From positions 1 to 61,659 of the forward strand of contig VGIF01000001.1 in NCBI GenBank assembly GCA_016868015.1: DNA of 61,659 nt, given 5' to 3'. The stretch comes from Betaproteobacteria bacterium. GTDB lineage: Bacteria > Pseudomonadota > Gammaproteobacteria > Burkholderiales > SG8-41. How positions within the stretch are numbered: position 1 is the first letter of the stretch; each line of letters begins with the position of its first letter. Below, piece after piece: positions 20,116-28,969 of the stretch. The translations under genes were made by a program, and so were the position numbers. The notes under the pieces were generated by a model. It had not been told where the DNA came from. It saw nothing but the letters and a program-made list of their open reading frames with translations, and searched no databases.

Positions 20116-21072
20116 ATGAGCACCACTGGAAATAGCCCGAAAAATTATAGCCCAAACGCACCGGCCACGCCGCCAACGGTGAGCGCCGTGGTGCCCGCGG
20201 CTTACGCCGGCCACCGCTCTGACTACGCCTTGGCGCAAATGTTTCCCGAACACTCGCGCAGCCGCCTGTGCGCCTGGCTTAAGGCCGGACGCATCACGCT
20301 TAACGGCTTAAGCCCCGCGCCCAAGGACAAGGTGCGGGGCGGCGAAACCGTGCTACTGACGCCACAACCCGACCCGCAAGTCAGCGCGTTTCGCGCGCAG
20401 GATATCCCCATCGACGTGCTGTTCGAAGACCAACACCTGATTATCATCAACAAGCCCGCGGGGCTGGTGGTGCATCCGGGCAGCGGCAATTGGCAGGGCA
20501 CCTTGCTCAATGCCCTGCTGCAGCACGCGCCGCAACTCGCCCACATCCCGCGCGCGGGGATCGTGCACCGGCTGGACAAGGACACCAGTGGCTTGCTGGT
20601 GGTTGCCAAAACACTCGCCGCGCAAACCGCGCTGGTGCGGCAGTTGCAAGCGCACAGCGTCACGCGCGAATACATCGCCGTGGTGCACGGCCTGGTGGCG
20701 CGCGAGGGGCATGTTCAAGCACCAATCGGCCGCCACAAAACCCAGCGCACCAAAATGGCGGTGGTGCCCGGCGGCAAACCCGCGCTCACGCACTATGAAC
20801 CGGTTGCGCATTTCGAGAGCACCACGCAAGTGCGCTGCCGGCTCAAAACCGGCCGCACCCATCAGATCCGCGTGCATATGGCGCATATCGGCCACCCGCT
20901 GGTGGGCGACGCGGTCTACGGCGGCAACCGCAAGCCGCCGGCGTTTGCCCGCCAGGCCTTGCACGCCCATACGCTTCAGTTGCAACATCCCGCCACGCGC
21001 CGCCGGCGCGCCTGGAGCGCCGCGCTGCCCGCGGACATGCAAACCCTGATCGCCACACTCAAAAACACATGA
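20116..21072 (+). CDS. rluD: 23S rRNA pseudouridine synthase RluD
   Basis: S4 domain (LAQMFPEHSRSRLCAWLKAGRITLNG) and catalytic motif GIVHRLDKDTSGLLVVAK. Start may instead be GTG 20179. Confidence 0.9.
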   Translation: MSTTGNSPKNYSPNAPATPPTVSAVVPAAYAGHRSDYALAQMFPEHSRSRLCAWLKAGRITLNGLSPAPKDKVRGGETVLLTPQPDPQVSAFRAQDIPIDVLFEDQHLIIINKPAGLVVHPGSGNWQGTLLNALLQHAPQLAHIPRAGIVHRLDKDTSGLLVVAKTLAAQTALVRQLQAHSVTREYIAVVHGLVAREGHVQAPIGRHKTQRTKMAVVPGGKPALTHYEPVAHFESTTQVRCRLKTGRTHQIRVHMAHIGHPLVGDAVYGGNRKPPAFARQALHAHTLQLQHPATRRRRAWSAALPADMQTLIATLKNT

Positions 21073-21824
21073 AACCACCGCTTCCCGCCTGGATCGTTCC
21101 CGACTGGCCGGCGCCGCCCAACGTCAAGGCATTTATCACCACGCGCGCGGGCGGCGTCAGCATCGGCCCGCACGCGAGTTTTAACCTGGGATTACGTGCC
21201 GACGAGGATGCGCAAACGGTCGCGCATAACCGCGCCATTTTGCAACAGCATTTACCGCAAACGCCCAAGTGGCTGCGCCAAGTGCACGGCACGCTCGTGG
21301 TAGATGCCGACGTGCTCAACCCCGCCGACGAAAGCCCGCAAGCCGATGCCAGCGTCGCATGTAACGCCCGCACCGTGTGCCCGGTGATGATCGCCGATTG
21401 CCTGCCGATACTTTTCACCAACCGCGCCGGCACGCGCGTGGCGGGCGCCCACGCGGGCTGGCGAGGCTTGTCGGGCGGCGTTGTCGCCAATACCGTTCGG
21501 GCGCTGGGTGCGGCGGGCGCTCCGCCCGCCGATTTACTCGCTTATATCGGGCCGGGCATCGGGCCGCGCGCGTTTGAAGTGGGCGCCGATGTTTACCAGG
21601 CGTTCGTCTCGCAAGATGCGCAAGCGAAGGCTGCGTTCGTGGCGCACACGCCGGGCAAGTGGCTCGCCGATTTATTCACGCTCGCGCGGCAAGCGCTCGC
21701 GCGCGCCGGTGTCGGCGCGGTTTATGGCGGGGGCTTATGCACTTATTCCGACCCCGCGCGTTTTTATTCGTATCGGCGCGACAAAATCACCGGGCGCATG
21801 GCGGCGTTTATCTGGCGCGCTTGA
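21069..21824 (+). CDS. pgeF: peptidoglycan editing factor PgeF (YfiH, laccase-domain protein)
   Basis: ATGA overlap with rluD. Motifs DCLPILF, HAGWRG and CTYSDPARFYSYRRD are typical of YfiH/DUF152. Confidence 0.88.
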   Translation: MKPPLPAWIVPDWPAPPNVKAFITTRAGGVSIGPHASFNLGLRADEDAQTVAHNRAILQQHLPQTPKWLRQVHGTLVVDADVLNPADESPQADASVACNARTVCPVMIADCLPILFTNRAGTRVAGAHAGWRGLSGGVVANTVRALGAAGAPPADLLAYIGPGIGPRAFEVGADVYQAFVSQDAQAKAAFVAHTPGKWLADLFTLARQALARAGVGAVYGGGLCTYSDPARFYSYRRDKITGRMAAFIWRA

Positions 21825-21994
21825 TCGTTGGCGGGCCTTCGCGCGCGCCGCGCCGCGCCTGCCAATGGCGGCACGGGGATAACCCGCAACACGCTTTGCA
21901 TTGCGCGCGCACGGCGCATACACTCACGCCCGCCGCAACCGCCACGGGGTATGGGATTGGCGCCCGGCAGCGCGCTTTTGCGGCTTTGCCACTT

Positions 21995-22025
21995 ATAAAA
22001 AATATCAATTAAATCAAATACTTAC
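21995..22025 (+). repeat. ATE copy 6
   Basis: ataaaaaatatcaattaaatcaaatacttac. Its last base immediately precedes the GTG start of yhhQ. Confidence 0.75.
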
Positions 22026-22760
22026 GTGAATACCCTGCCATCTACCCCTGTGCCCGGCGAGCCTCGCCGCGAATACCGCTACTTCAATTACGTGATGGTG
22101 GCATTTGCCACCGTGCTGGTCTGCTCCAACCTGATCGGGCCGGCCAAGATCGCGCAAATCGATTTGCCGCTGTGGGGTGTATTGACCTTCGGCGCGGGGG
22201 TTTTATTTTTCCCGATCTCGTATGTGTTCGGCGACATCCTCACCGAAGTCTACGGCTACTCGCGCGCGCGCCGCGTGATCTGGAGCGGCTTTGCCGCGCT
22301 TGCCTTTGCCTCGATCATGGCGAGCATCGTGGTGGCGTTGCCGCCGGCGCCGTTTTGGCAACACCAGGGCGCGTATGAGGTCGCCTTCGGCACCACCTGG
22401 CGCATCGCGCTGGCGTCGATGATTGCGTACTTCTGCGGCGAGTTCGTCAATTCATGGGTGCTCGCCAAAATGAAACTCTGGACCCGGGGCCGGCATCTGT
22501 GGAGCCGCACCATCGGCTCCACCATCTTCGGTCAAGCGGTGGATTCAGCTCTTTTTTATCCGCTGGCGTTTTACGGCACCGGCATCATTCCCGACGACAA
22601 GCTGCTGATCGTGATGCTGGCGCAATTCACCTTGAAGGTGCTGGTGGAAGTGGTTTTCACGCCGGTGACCTACGTCGTGGTCAACTGGCTAAAGCGCGCG
22701 GAGAACGAGGACTACTACGATCGCGACACGGACTTTAATCCGTTCCACGTCAAAAACTGA
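22026..22760 (+). CDS. yhhQ: queuosine precursor transporter (VUT/YhhQ family, DUF165)
   Basis: 244-aa polytopic protein. FPISYVFGDILTEVYGY and STIFGQAVDSALF are family hallmarks. Confidence 0.85.
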   Translation: MNTLPSTPVPGEPRREYRYFNYVMVAFATVLVCSNLIGPAKIAQIDLPLWGVLTFGAGVLFFPISYVFGDILTEVYGYSRARRVIWSGFAALAFASIMASIVVALPPAPFWQHQGAYEVAFGTTWRIALASMIAYFCGEFVNSWVLAKMKLWTRGRHLWSRTIGSTIFGQAVDSALFYPLAFYGTGIIPDDKLLIVMLAQFTLKVLVEVVFTPVTYVVVNWLKRAENEDYYDRDTDFNPFHVKN

Positions 22761-22779
22761 TGCACCGCGCGCTCGAAAC

Positions 22780-22856
22780 TGGTCAGGGTGGTGGGATTCG
22801 AACCCACGACCTCTTGCTCCCAAGGCAAGCGCGCTACCGGACTGCGCTACACCCTG
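22780..22856 (-). tRNA. tRNA-Pro (anticodon UGG)
   Basis: Hand-folded 77 nt: acceptor CAGGGTG/CACCCTG, D-arm GCGC/GCGC, anticodon arm CTTGC-CTTGGGA-GCAAG, T-arm GTGGG-TTCGAAT-CCCAC, discriminator A, encoded CCA. Confidence 0.95.
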
Positions 22857-22958
22857 ACATGACGCGCATTTTAGCCGATTTGCACCATGTTATGGTCGCC
22901 TCACGGCGAATTGGCCATGGCCATAGGCTAAACTCGGCGCTTTAAATGACGCTCACAC

Positions 22959-24173
22959 ATGACGGATAAGAAAAACTGGCGCACCCCCGGCGTGGTGATC
23001 GCGTGCGCCGGTCTGGCGATGACCATCGTACTCGGCACGCGTCACGGCTTCGGCTTGTATTTGCAGCCGATGACCATTGACCTGAATATCAGCCGCGAAA
23101 CCTTCGCTTTCGCCATCGCGCTGCAAAATTTGTTCTACGGCTTCTCGCAGCCGCTGACCGGCATGATCGCCGATAAATTCGGGGCGGCACGGGTGATGGC
23201 GGCGGGCACCATCGCTTACGCCATCGGCTTGGCGCTGATGTCGTACTCCACCACCGGCATGGAGCTGAACCTTAGCGCGGGCTTGTTCATCGGCATCGCC
23301 ATGGGTTGCTGCGGCTTTAGCACGGTCTACGGGGTGATCGGCCGTACCGTGGCGCCGGAAAAACGCAGCACCGCCATGGGCATCGTCGGCGCGGCGGGCT
23401 CGATGGGGCAATTTTTGATGCTGCCCTACGGCCAGTTGCTGATCAATCACATGGGCTGGCAGCAAGCGCTGCTGATTTTGGCGGTCACCGTGCTGCTGCT
23501 GCTGCCGTTATCGAGTGCGCTGGTGGAGGACAAAAAGGCGCAAGTGCAAAACCAGCCCAAACAATCGATCCCGGCGGCGTTGAAGGAAGCCTTCGGCCAC
23601 CGCGGCTTTATGCTGATGTCGATCGCCTACACCGTGTGCGGCTTTCAGTTGCTGTTCGTGTCGGTGCACTTCCCGGCGTATTTGATCGACCAGAAAATGT
23701 CGGCCACCACCGGCATGCTCGCGCTGGCCTTGATCGGGTTGTTTAATACCTTCGGCAGTTTTACCTGGGGTTGGCTCGGCAGCCGCTACACCAAAAAATA
23801 CCTGCTCGCTACACTCTACTTCACGCGCGCGATGGTGGTGGCCGCGTTTATTCTGACGCCATTGTCGCCGCTGACGGTTTATTTGTTTGCCTCGGCGATC
23901 GGCTTTTTGTGGCTGGGCACCGCGCCCATCACCAGCGCGCTGATCGCGCAGATTTTCGGCGCGCGCTACTTGTCCACGCTTTCCGGCTGCGCCTTCATGT
24001 TTCACCAGGTCGGAAGTTTTCTCGGCGTGTGGCTGGGCGGGCGCATATTCGATGCCACCGGCTCTTACATGCTGATGTGGTGGATTACCATCGCCGCGGG
24101 CATTGCCGCCGCGCTACTGTGCCTGCCGGTGAACGAGCGGCAGATCGTGCGCGGCGCGCCCTCCGCCGCCTGA
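22959..24173 (+). CDS. MFS transporter
   Basis: 404 aa, ~12 hydrophobic segments. MFS-like loop motif between TM2 and TM3 (GMIADKFGAARVM). Confidence 0.8.
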   Translation: MTDKKNWRTPGVVIACAGLAMTIVLGTRHGFGLYLQPMTIDLNISRETFAFAIALQNLFYGFSQPLTGMIADKFGAARVMAAGTIAYAIGLALMSYSTTGMELNLSAGLFIGIAMGCCGFSTVYGVIGRTVAPEKRSTAMGIVGAAGSMGQFLMLPYGQLLINHMGWQQALLILAVTVLLLLPLSSALVEDKKAQVQNQPKQSIPAALKEAFGHRGFMLMSIAYTVCGFQLLFVSVHFPAYLIDQKMSATTGMLALALIGLFNTFGSFTWGWLGSRYTKKYLLATLYFTRAMVVAAFILTPLSPLTVYLFASAIGFLWLGTAPITSALIAQIFGARYLSTLSGCAFMFHQVGSFLGVWLGGRIFDATGSYMLMWWITIAAGIAAALLCLPVNERQIVRGAPSAA

Positions 24174-24186
24174 TGGACGTACGGGC

Positions 24187-25158
24187 TCAATGCGGCTGCG
24201 CCGCCGCGCTGCGCGCGGCTTCCTCGCGCAGCCAGCCGCGAAACGCCGCTACCGCCGGCCGTTCGTCCGCATGCTCATTGGCCGCCATGTAGTAACCGTC
24301 GGGTAACTTCACCGACAGGTTAAACGGAACCACCAGCTTGCCGGAGGCCACCTCTTCCGCCGCTAGCACCGGCATGCTTGCGAGCACGCCCACCGCGTCG
24401 ATCGCCGCCTCGAAGGCCAGCACGGCGTGGCTGAAATGCGGGCCCTTGTGCGAATCGACGTCGGTGACGCCGGCGGCATTTAGCCAGCGCTCCCAGAACG
24501 GTTCGTTATCGTAAAGCTCGCCGGTGTCGTCATGCAGCAGCAGATGATGGCGCAGATCGGCGGGGTCGCGCAGCGGATGCTCGCCGTTCATCAGCTTGGG
24601 GCTGCAAATCGGCGTAATCGACAAATCGATCAGCCGCTCGATTTTCATACCGAGCACATTGCCGCGGCCATAGAGGATGGCCACATCGGAGTCGGAAAGC
24701 CACGCTTCAACGGTGGCACGCTCGGCCACGTCGCCCTTGCCGTCGACACTTACCCGGCGCATGCGCGCGGAAATGCGCACGTCGATTTCCGGATGTGCGG
24801 CGATAAAACGGTGCAGCCGCGGCATCAGCCAGCGCGAGGCAAACGACGGTGCGGCGCTGACGGTTAACGAGCCACCGTTCTGATGGCTGCGCAGATGCGC
24901 CACCGCCTGCGCCAGGCAATCGAAGCCCTCGCCCAGCTTGGGCAAGGCCGCCTTGGCGACATCAGTCAGTTCAAGGGCGCGGTTATAACGGCGGAAAAGC
25001 TGCACGCCGAGGTAGTCCTCTAACGTGCGGATTTGATGGCTGACGGCGGCGGAGGTGACGTTGAGCTCGATGGCTGCTTTTTTGACGCTTAACAAGCGAG
25101 CTGCGGCTTCAAATGCCTTGAGGGAGTTGAGCGGGGGTAGTCGCACGGGCATGGCCAT
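24187..25158 (-). CDS. LysR-family transcriptional regulator (GcvA-like)
   Basis: N-terminal wHTH LNSLKAFEAAARLLSVKKAAIELNVTSAAVSHQIRTLE, plus a substrate-binding domain. Confidence 0.9.
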   Translation of the reverse strand: MAMPVRLPPLNSLKAFEAAARLLSVKKAAIELNVTSAAVSHQIRTLEDYLGVQLFRRYNRALELTDVAKAALPKLGEGFDCLAQAVAHLRSHQNGGSLTVSAAPSFASRWLMPRLHRFIAAHPEIDVRISARMRRVSVDGKGDVAERATVEAWLSDSDVAILYGRGNVLGMKIERLIDLSITPICSPKLMNGEHPLRDPADLRHHLLLHDDTGELYDNEPFWERWLNAAGVTDVDSHKGPHFSHAVLAFEAAIDAVGVLASMPVLAAEEVASGKLVVPFNLSVKLPDGYYMAANEHADERPAVAAFRGWLREEAARSAAAQPH

Positions 25159-25196
25159 ATCCTCTTAAAATTTTCTCAACCGATTTAAAAAAACAT

Positions 25197-25211
25197 ATCG
25201 CTTGATGCGAT
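25197..25211. promoter_or_regulatory. candidate LysR box (T-N11-A palindrome)
   Basis: ATCGCttgatGCGAT, perfect 5-bp arms, ~40 nt upstream of the LysR start in the AT-rich divergent region. Confidence 0.35.
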
Positions 25212-25331
25212 GCAACAAAATAATTAAAGTAATGTCTCTTCGATAGCGGTAATTGATTGAAGTAATTTAATTAATTTGTAATGTTTTAGTGCGAAAATTA
25301 GGCATTAAACAACACCTCGAGAAAAGCTAAC

Positions 25332-25535
25332 ATGGAAAAGACGTTAAGTTTTACGGAAAGTTCAGATTTATTTGCAAGAATTAATCTGTCGGGTTTGTCC
25401 GCTGGTGACCGCATGGAGGCAATCGGTGCTCTGCGCGGCGCGCTAGCGCTGATGACAGTTGTGGAATTCCTGCTCAAGCTCAAGGGCAAAACGCCCCGCG
25501 GCGTGCCGACAAGCGCCGCGCTCAAAGCTCAGTAA
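25332..25535 (+). CDS. hypothetical small protein (67 aa) in a low-GC islet
   Basis: ATG ORF divergent from the LysR gene. No family recognised. Composition is clearly lower in GC than its surroundings. Confidence 0.35.
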   Translation: MEKTLSFTESSDLFARINLSGLSAGDRMEAIGALRGALALMTVVEFLLKLKGKTPRGVPTSAALKAQ

Positions 25536-25621
25536 GCGTTGTCAGCCGGTCAGCGGGCACCTGCACTGGCACGCGGGCAAATGCCTAGGCAGCGCTATTA
25601 AGCTGAACCAGGAATATGCTA

Positions 25622-25656
25622 GTACGTCATTGATTTTATTATGTTTTTTATTTTTT
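25622..25656 (-). repeat. ATE copy 7
   Basis: Minus-strand reading is aaaaaataaaaaacataataaaatcaatgacgtac. Contains the cheB stop and its last Lys codons. Confidence 0.65.
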
Positions 25657-26622
25657 CTTAGTAAGCGGCGTCTTATCCAGCGCGCGCAGTCCGGATAAGA
25701 TCTCGGCGGCAAGCTGCTCGAGTGCCACCTGCCGCGCCACCGCCCCCAGTTCCAAGGCGGCGCGCGGCATACCATAGACCACGCAGCTGGCTGCATCCTG
25801 CGCAAGCGTCATCGCCCCAGCCTGGCGCATTTGCAACAGCCCCGCCGCACCGTCTGCCCCCATCCCGCTCAAAATCACCCCGATCGCGGATGCGCCTGCC
25901 CATTGCGCGACCGAGCTGAACAAATGGTCCACCGAGGGCCGGTGGCCATTGTGCAGCGCATCGTCAGCCAGCTGCGTCACCAGCCCGCTCACGCCGCGCG
26001 TGAGACGCAGATGACGGTTGCCCGGCGCGATATAGACATGGCCGGGATGCAAAATGTCGCCGTGTTCCGCCTCCTTCACCTTTAACGCGCACAAGCTGTT
26101 CAAGCGCATCGCAAAAAGCCGGGTGAACGGCTGCGGCAAATGCTGCACGATGAGTAGCGGCGGCGCCTGCGCCGGCAGGCCGCCCAATACCGTGGTAATC
26201 GCCTCGATGCCGCCGGTGGAGGCGCCTATCGCCACCACCGCGTTGCGCGCTCCCATGCCCAACGGCGCGCCCGTGGGCTGCGGCAGCGCGGGCGTGGAAT
26301 GCATCAAGCGCGCGCGGCGCGCCACCGAGGGCGCGGCAGCCGCGGCAATACGCACCTTGGCCGCTATCTCCGCGGCGAAACGCTGCTCGGCGTCCCCGCT
26401 CACCCGCGCCGAGGGCTTGGTGACGAAATCCACTGCGCCCAGTTCGAGCGCGCGCAGCGTGGCTTCGCCGCCCGCTACGGTCAGGGTCGAAACCATCACC
26501 ACGGGCATCCCGGCAAAATGCCCCACCTGAAGTCTTAAGCTACGCAAAACATCATGCTCAGACCCGGATAGTAAGCGTTTCAGCAGCACGTGCAATTCGC
26601 CGCCCGATAGCTTTTTTTGCAC
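25648..26622 (-). CDS. cheB: CheB-like protein-glutamate methylesterase lacking most of the receiver domain
   Basis: Catalytic domain is intact (AIGASTGG, LIVQHLP, HRPSVD, GMGADGAAG, ASCVVYGMP). The N-terminus aligns only from about residue 70 of E. coli CheB (MPVVMVSTL...LRALELGAVDFVTKP), so the phospho-acceptor Asp region is absent. GTG start. Confidence 0.8.
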   Translation of the reverse strand: MQKKLSGGELHVLLKRLLSGSEHDVLRSLRLQVGHFAGMPVVMVSTLTVAGGEATLRALELGAVDFVTKPSARVSGDAEQRFAAEIAAKVRIAAAAAPSVARRARLMHSTPALPQPTGAPLGMGARNAVVAIGASTGGIEAITTVLGGLPAQAPPLLIVQHLPQPFTRLFAMRLNSLCALKVKEAEHGDILHPGHVYIAPGNRHLRLTRGVSGLVTQLADDALHNGHRPSVDHLFSSVAQWAGASAIGVILSGMGADGAAGLLQMRQAGAMTLAQDAASCVVYGMPRAALELGAVARQVALEQLAAEILSGLRALDKTPLTKKK

Positions 26623-26687
26623 CAGCTTATGGCAACTTCTGGAGCCGGCCGCGAGATACCGCGACGCAATTTAAGCGCATGCAGAGG

Positions 26688-26720
26688 TTAAAAAATATAA
26701 ATAAAATCAAATACTTATAG
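26688..26720 (+). repeat. ATE copy 8
   Basis: ttaaaaaatataaataaaatcaaatacttatag, perfect core. Lies 66 nt upstream of the truncated cheB start and is inverted relative to copy 7. Confidence 0.75.
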
Positions 26721-26780
26721 CTATACGACTGTATCGCACCGACCGCATCACGATGCGCTAAGGATGTGACAGGCAAAAGT

Positions 26781-28208
26781 TTAGTACGCGGGCGCGACGG
26801 CCGCCACCGGCTCCGGCGTGCCGCAGGCCAAGAATTGACCGTGACCCACGCGCGGCTCGGGCTGGCCATCGCGCGCCACCACCACGCCGCGCGACAGCGT
26901 CAGCACCGGCCAGCCGCGCACCGTCAGGCCTTCGTACGGCGTGTAATCGACGTTGTGATGCAGAATGGCGTTGCTGATGCGCACTTCGCGCCCGGCATCC
27001 CAAATCGCGATGTCGGCGTCCGCCCCGATTGCGATGGTGCCTTTGCGCGGATACAAGCCGTAGCAGCGCGCCGGGTCGGTGGCGGTCAACGCCACAAAAC
27101 GATTTAACGAAATGCGCCCGCCATTGACACCGCCAGAAAACAGCAACGGCAGCCGCGTCTCGATGCCCGGTATGCCGTTGGGTATGTAGCGAAACGGTAC
27201 CGCCTTGCCGCCCGGTTTTTTGCCCGCGGGGTCGTCGTAACGAAACGGCGCGTGGTCGCTGGAAAACACGCTGAACAATCCCTCGGCGAGCGCGTTCCAC
27301 ACCACTTGCTGATTCGCGGCGTCGCGCGGCGGCGGACTGCACACGCATTTGGCGCCTTCGTATCCGGGGCCACCCAGATCGTCTTCGGTGAGATACAAAT
27401 ACTGCGGGCAGGTTTCGGCGTAAATGCGCAAGCCGCGCGCGCGCGCCCAGCGAATCTGCTCGATCGCCTCGGCGCCCGACACATGCACGATCAGCACCGG
27501 CACATCGACCAGCTCCGCCATGCTGATGGCGCGATGCGTGGCTTCGCGCTCCACCGCCTGCGGCCGCGACTGCGCGTGATGACGCGGCGCGGTGTGGCCG
27601 GCGCGCTCCAGTTGTTCGGTGAGCCACGCGATGCAATCGGAATTCTCCGCGTGAATCATGGTGAGCGCGCCTTCGCGCCGCGCCAACGCCAACACCTCCA
27701 GCACCTCGCAATCGTTTAACTTCAGATCGTCGTAGGTCATGTAGATCTTGAACGAGGTGTAGCCCTGGCGGATCAACTGCGGCAGTTCCTCGCGCAGCAC
27801 GGTTTCGCTGGGATCGCTGACGATCAAATGAAACGCGTAATCGATCATCGCCTTGCCCGCGGCGCGCGCATGGTAATCATCCACCGCGGCCATCAGGGAT
27901 TGGCCTTTTTGCTGCGCGGCGAACGGAATAACCGTGGTGGTGCCGCCGCACGCGGCGGCGCGCGTGCCGCTTTCGAAATCGTCGGCCATGCACAAGCCAT
28001 TGGGCATGGGCTGGTCGAGATGACAATGCGCATCGACGCCGCCCGGCAGCACCAGCTTGCCGCTCACATCGATTTCTTGCGCCGCGGTGCCGTCGATGCG
28101 CGCGGCGAGCGCGGTGATACGCCCGCCGGCAATGCCGACATCGCATTGCATGGTGTCGGCGGCGGTGGCCACCGTGCCGTTACGCAAAATCAAATCGTAG
28201 GTGGCCAT
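26781..28208 (-). CDS. dihydropyrimidinase/D-hydantoinase family cyclic amidohydrolase
   Basis: 475 aa. LPGGVDAHCHLDQP (HxH), SFKIYMTY (carboxylated-Lys region), MIHAEN, HVS. Confidence 0.85.
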   Translation of the reverse strand: MATYDLILRNGTVATAADTMQCDVGIAGGRITALAARIDGTAAQEIDVSGKLVLPGGVDAHCHLDQPMPNGLCMADDFESGTRAAACGGTTTVIPFAAQQKGQSLMAAVDDYHARAAGKAMIDYAFHLIVSDPSETVLREELPQLIRQGYTSFKIYMTYDDLKLNDCEVLEVLALARREGALTMIHAENSDCIAWLTEQLERAGHTAPRHHAQSRPQAVEREATHRAISMAELVDVPVLIVHVSGAEAIEQIRWARARGLRIYAETCPQYLYLTEDDLGGPGYEGAKCVCSPPPRDAANQQVVWNALAEGLFSVFSSDHAPFRYDDPAGKKPGGKAVPFRYIPNGIPGIETRLPLLFSGGVNGGRISLNRFVALTATDPARCYGLYPRKGTIAIGADADIAIWDAGREVRISNAILHHNVDYTPYEGLTVRGWPVLTLSRGVVVARDGQPEPRVGHGQFLACGTPEPVAAVAPAY

Positions 28209-28234
28209 GCCGCACCCCGGCTAACGGTTAACGT

Positions 28235-28960
28235 TTAACTGACTTCGTCGAACAGCTTGCCCCAGCCCTGCACAACCGCAGGCTTGACGCCCGCCATGCG
28301 CAGCGACTGCCACAGCGCGGTGCTGACGGTGTCGTAAACGGGAATACCATGACGGCGCTCCCATTCGGGCACGCGATGCGCGGCGTTCAGATTCGTGCAA
28401 AAGGTCGATATCACTTTGGGCTTGGCGGCGGCAACGTGCGCCACCATCTCGTCCAACTGCGCCTCGGTCACTTCGGAAAACGAAAAATTATCACGCAGCT
28501 TCAAGTGCTGTTCCGCCACGCATTCGAAGCCCGCGCCGCGGTAAGTGCCGATCACGCGCGCCTGCACCTCGTCCAGATACGGTGTCACCAGCGCAAAGCG
28601 TTGCGCGTCTGTCAAACGCAGCGCCTCGTTTAACGCCAGCACCGAGGTGGTGGCCGGGATGCCGGTGGCTGCGGTGATGCGTTGGCACAAACGCTCGTCG
28701 GCATCAAAACCGAGCCAGCCGCCGGAAGTGCCGTTCCACGCGATAACATCGACCTTGGCGTGCGCCAGCAGCATCGCGGCGTCGAGAATTTTCGAGTCGT
28801 CGAACTGCGCCAGTACGTTGGCATCAAGCGCGATCTCCGTCACCGGGAAGCGCGAAAAATGCGCAGTGACGCCCGGCACCCCGGCCACCATGGCGCCAAT
28901 CAACGGCTCTAAACTCGTGTTGGACGAGGGCGTCAGCATGCCCAGCAAAGTACGTTTCAT
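28235..28960 (-). CDS. Asp/Glu/hydantoin racemase superfamily protein (maleate isomerase / arylmalonate decarboxylase-like)
   Basis: 241 aa. GMLTPSSNTSLEP N-terminal motif and a second Cys region (STFCTNL), typical of this fold. Confidence 0.7.
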   Translation of the reverse strand: MKRTLLGMLTPSSNTSLEPLIGAMVAGVPGVTAHFSRFPVTEIALDANVLAQFDDSKILDAAMLLAHAKVDVIAWNGTSGGWLGFDADERLCQRITAATGIPATTSVLALNEALRLTDAQRFALVTPYLDEVQARVIGTYRGAGFECVAEQHLKLRDNFSFSEVTEAQLDEMVAHVAAAKPKVISTFCTNLNAAHRVPEWERRHGIPVYDTVSTALWQSLRMAGVKPAVVQGWGKLFDEVS

Positions 28961-28969
28961 CAGCGCGGC

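Noticed and set aside
21961-22025. Possible preQ1 riboswitch upstream of the queuosine-precursor transporter yhhQ
   Set aside because: The A-rich tail (ttataaaaaatatca) looks superficially like the preQ1-I tail, but it belongs to the AT-rich dispersed element. I could not find the short P1 stem with the conserved loop upstream. A covariance-model search would be decisive.
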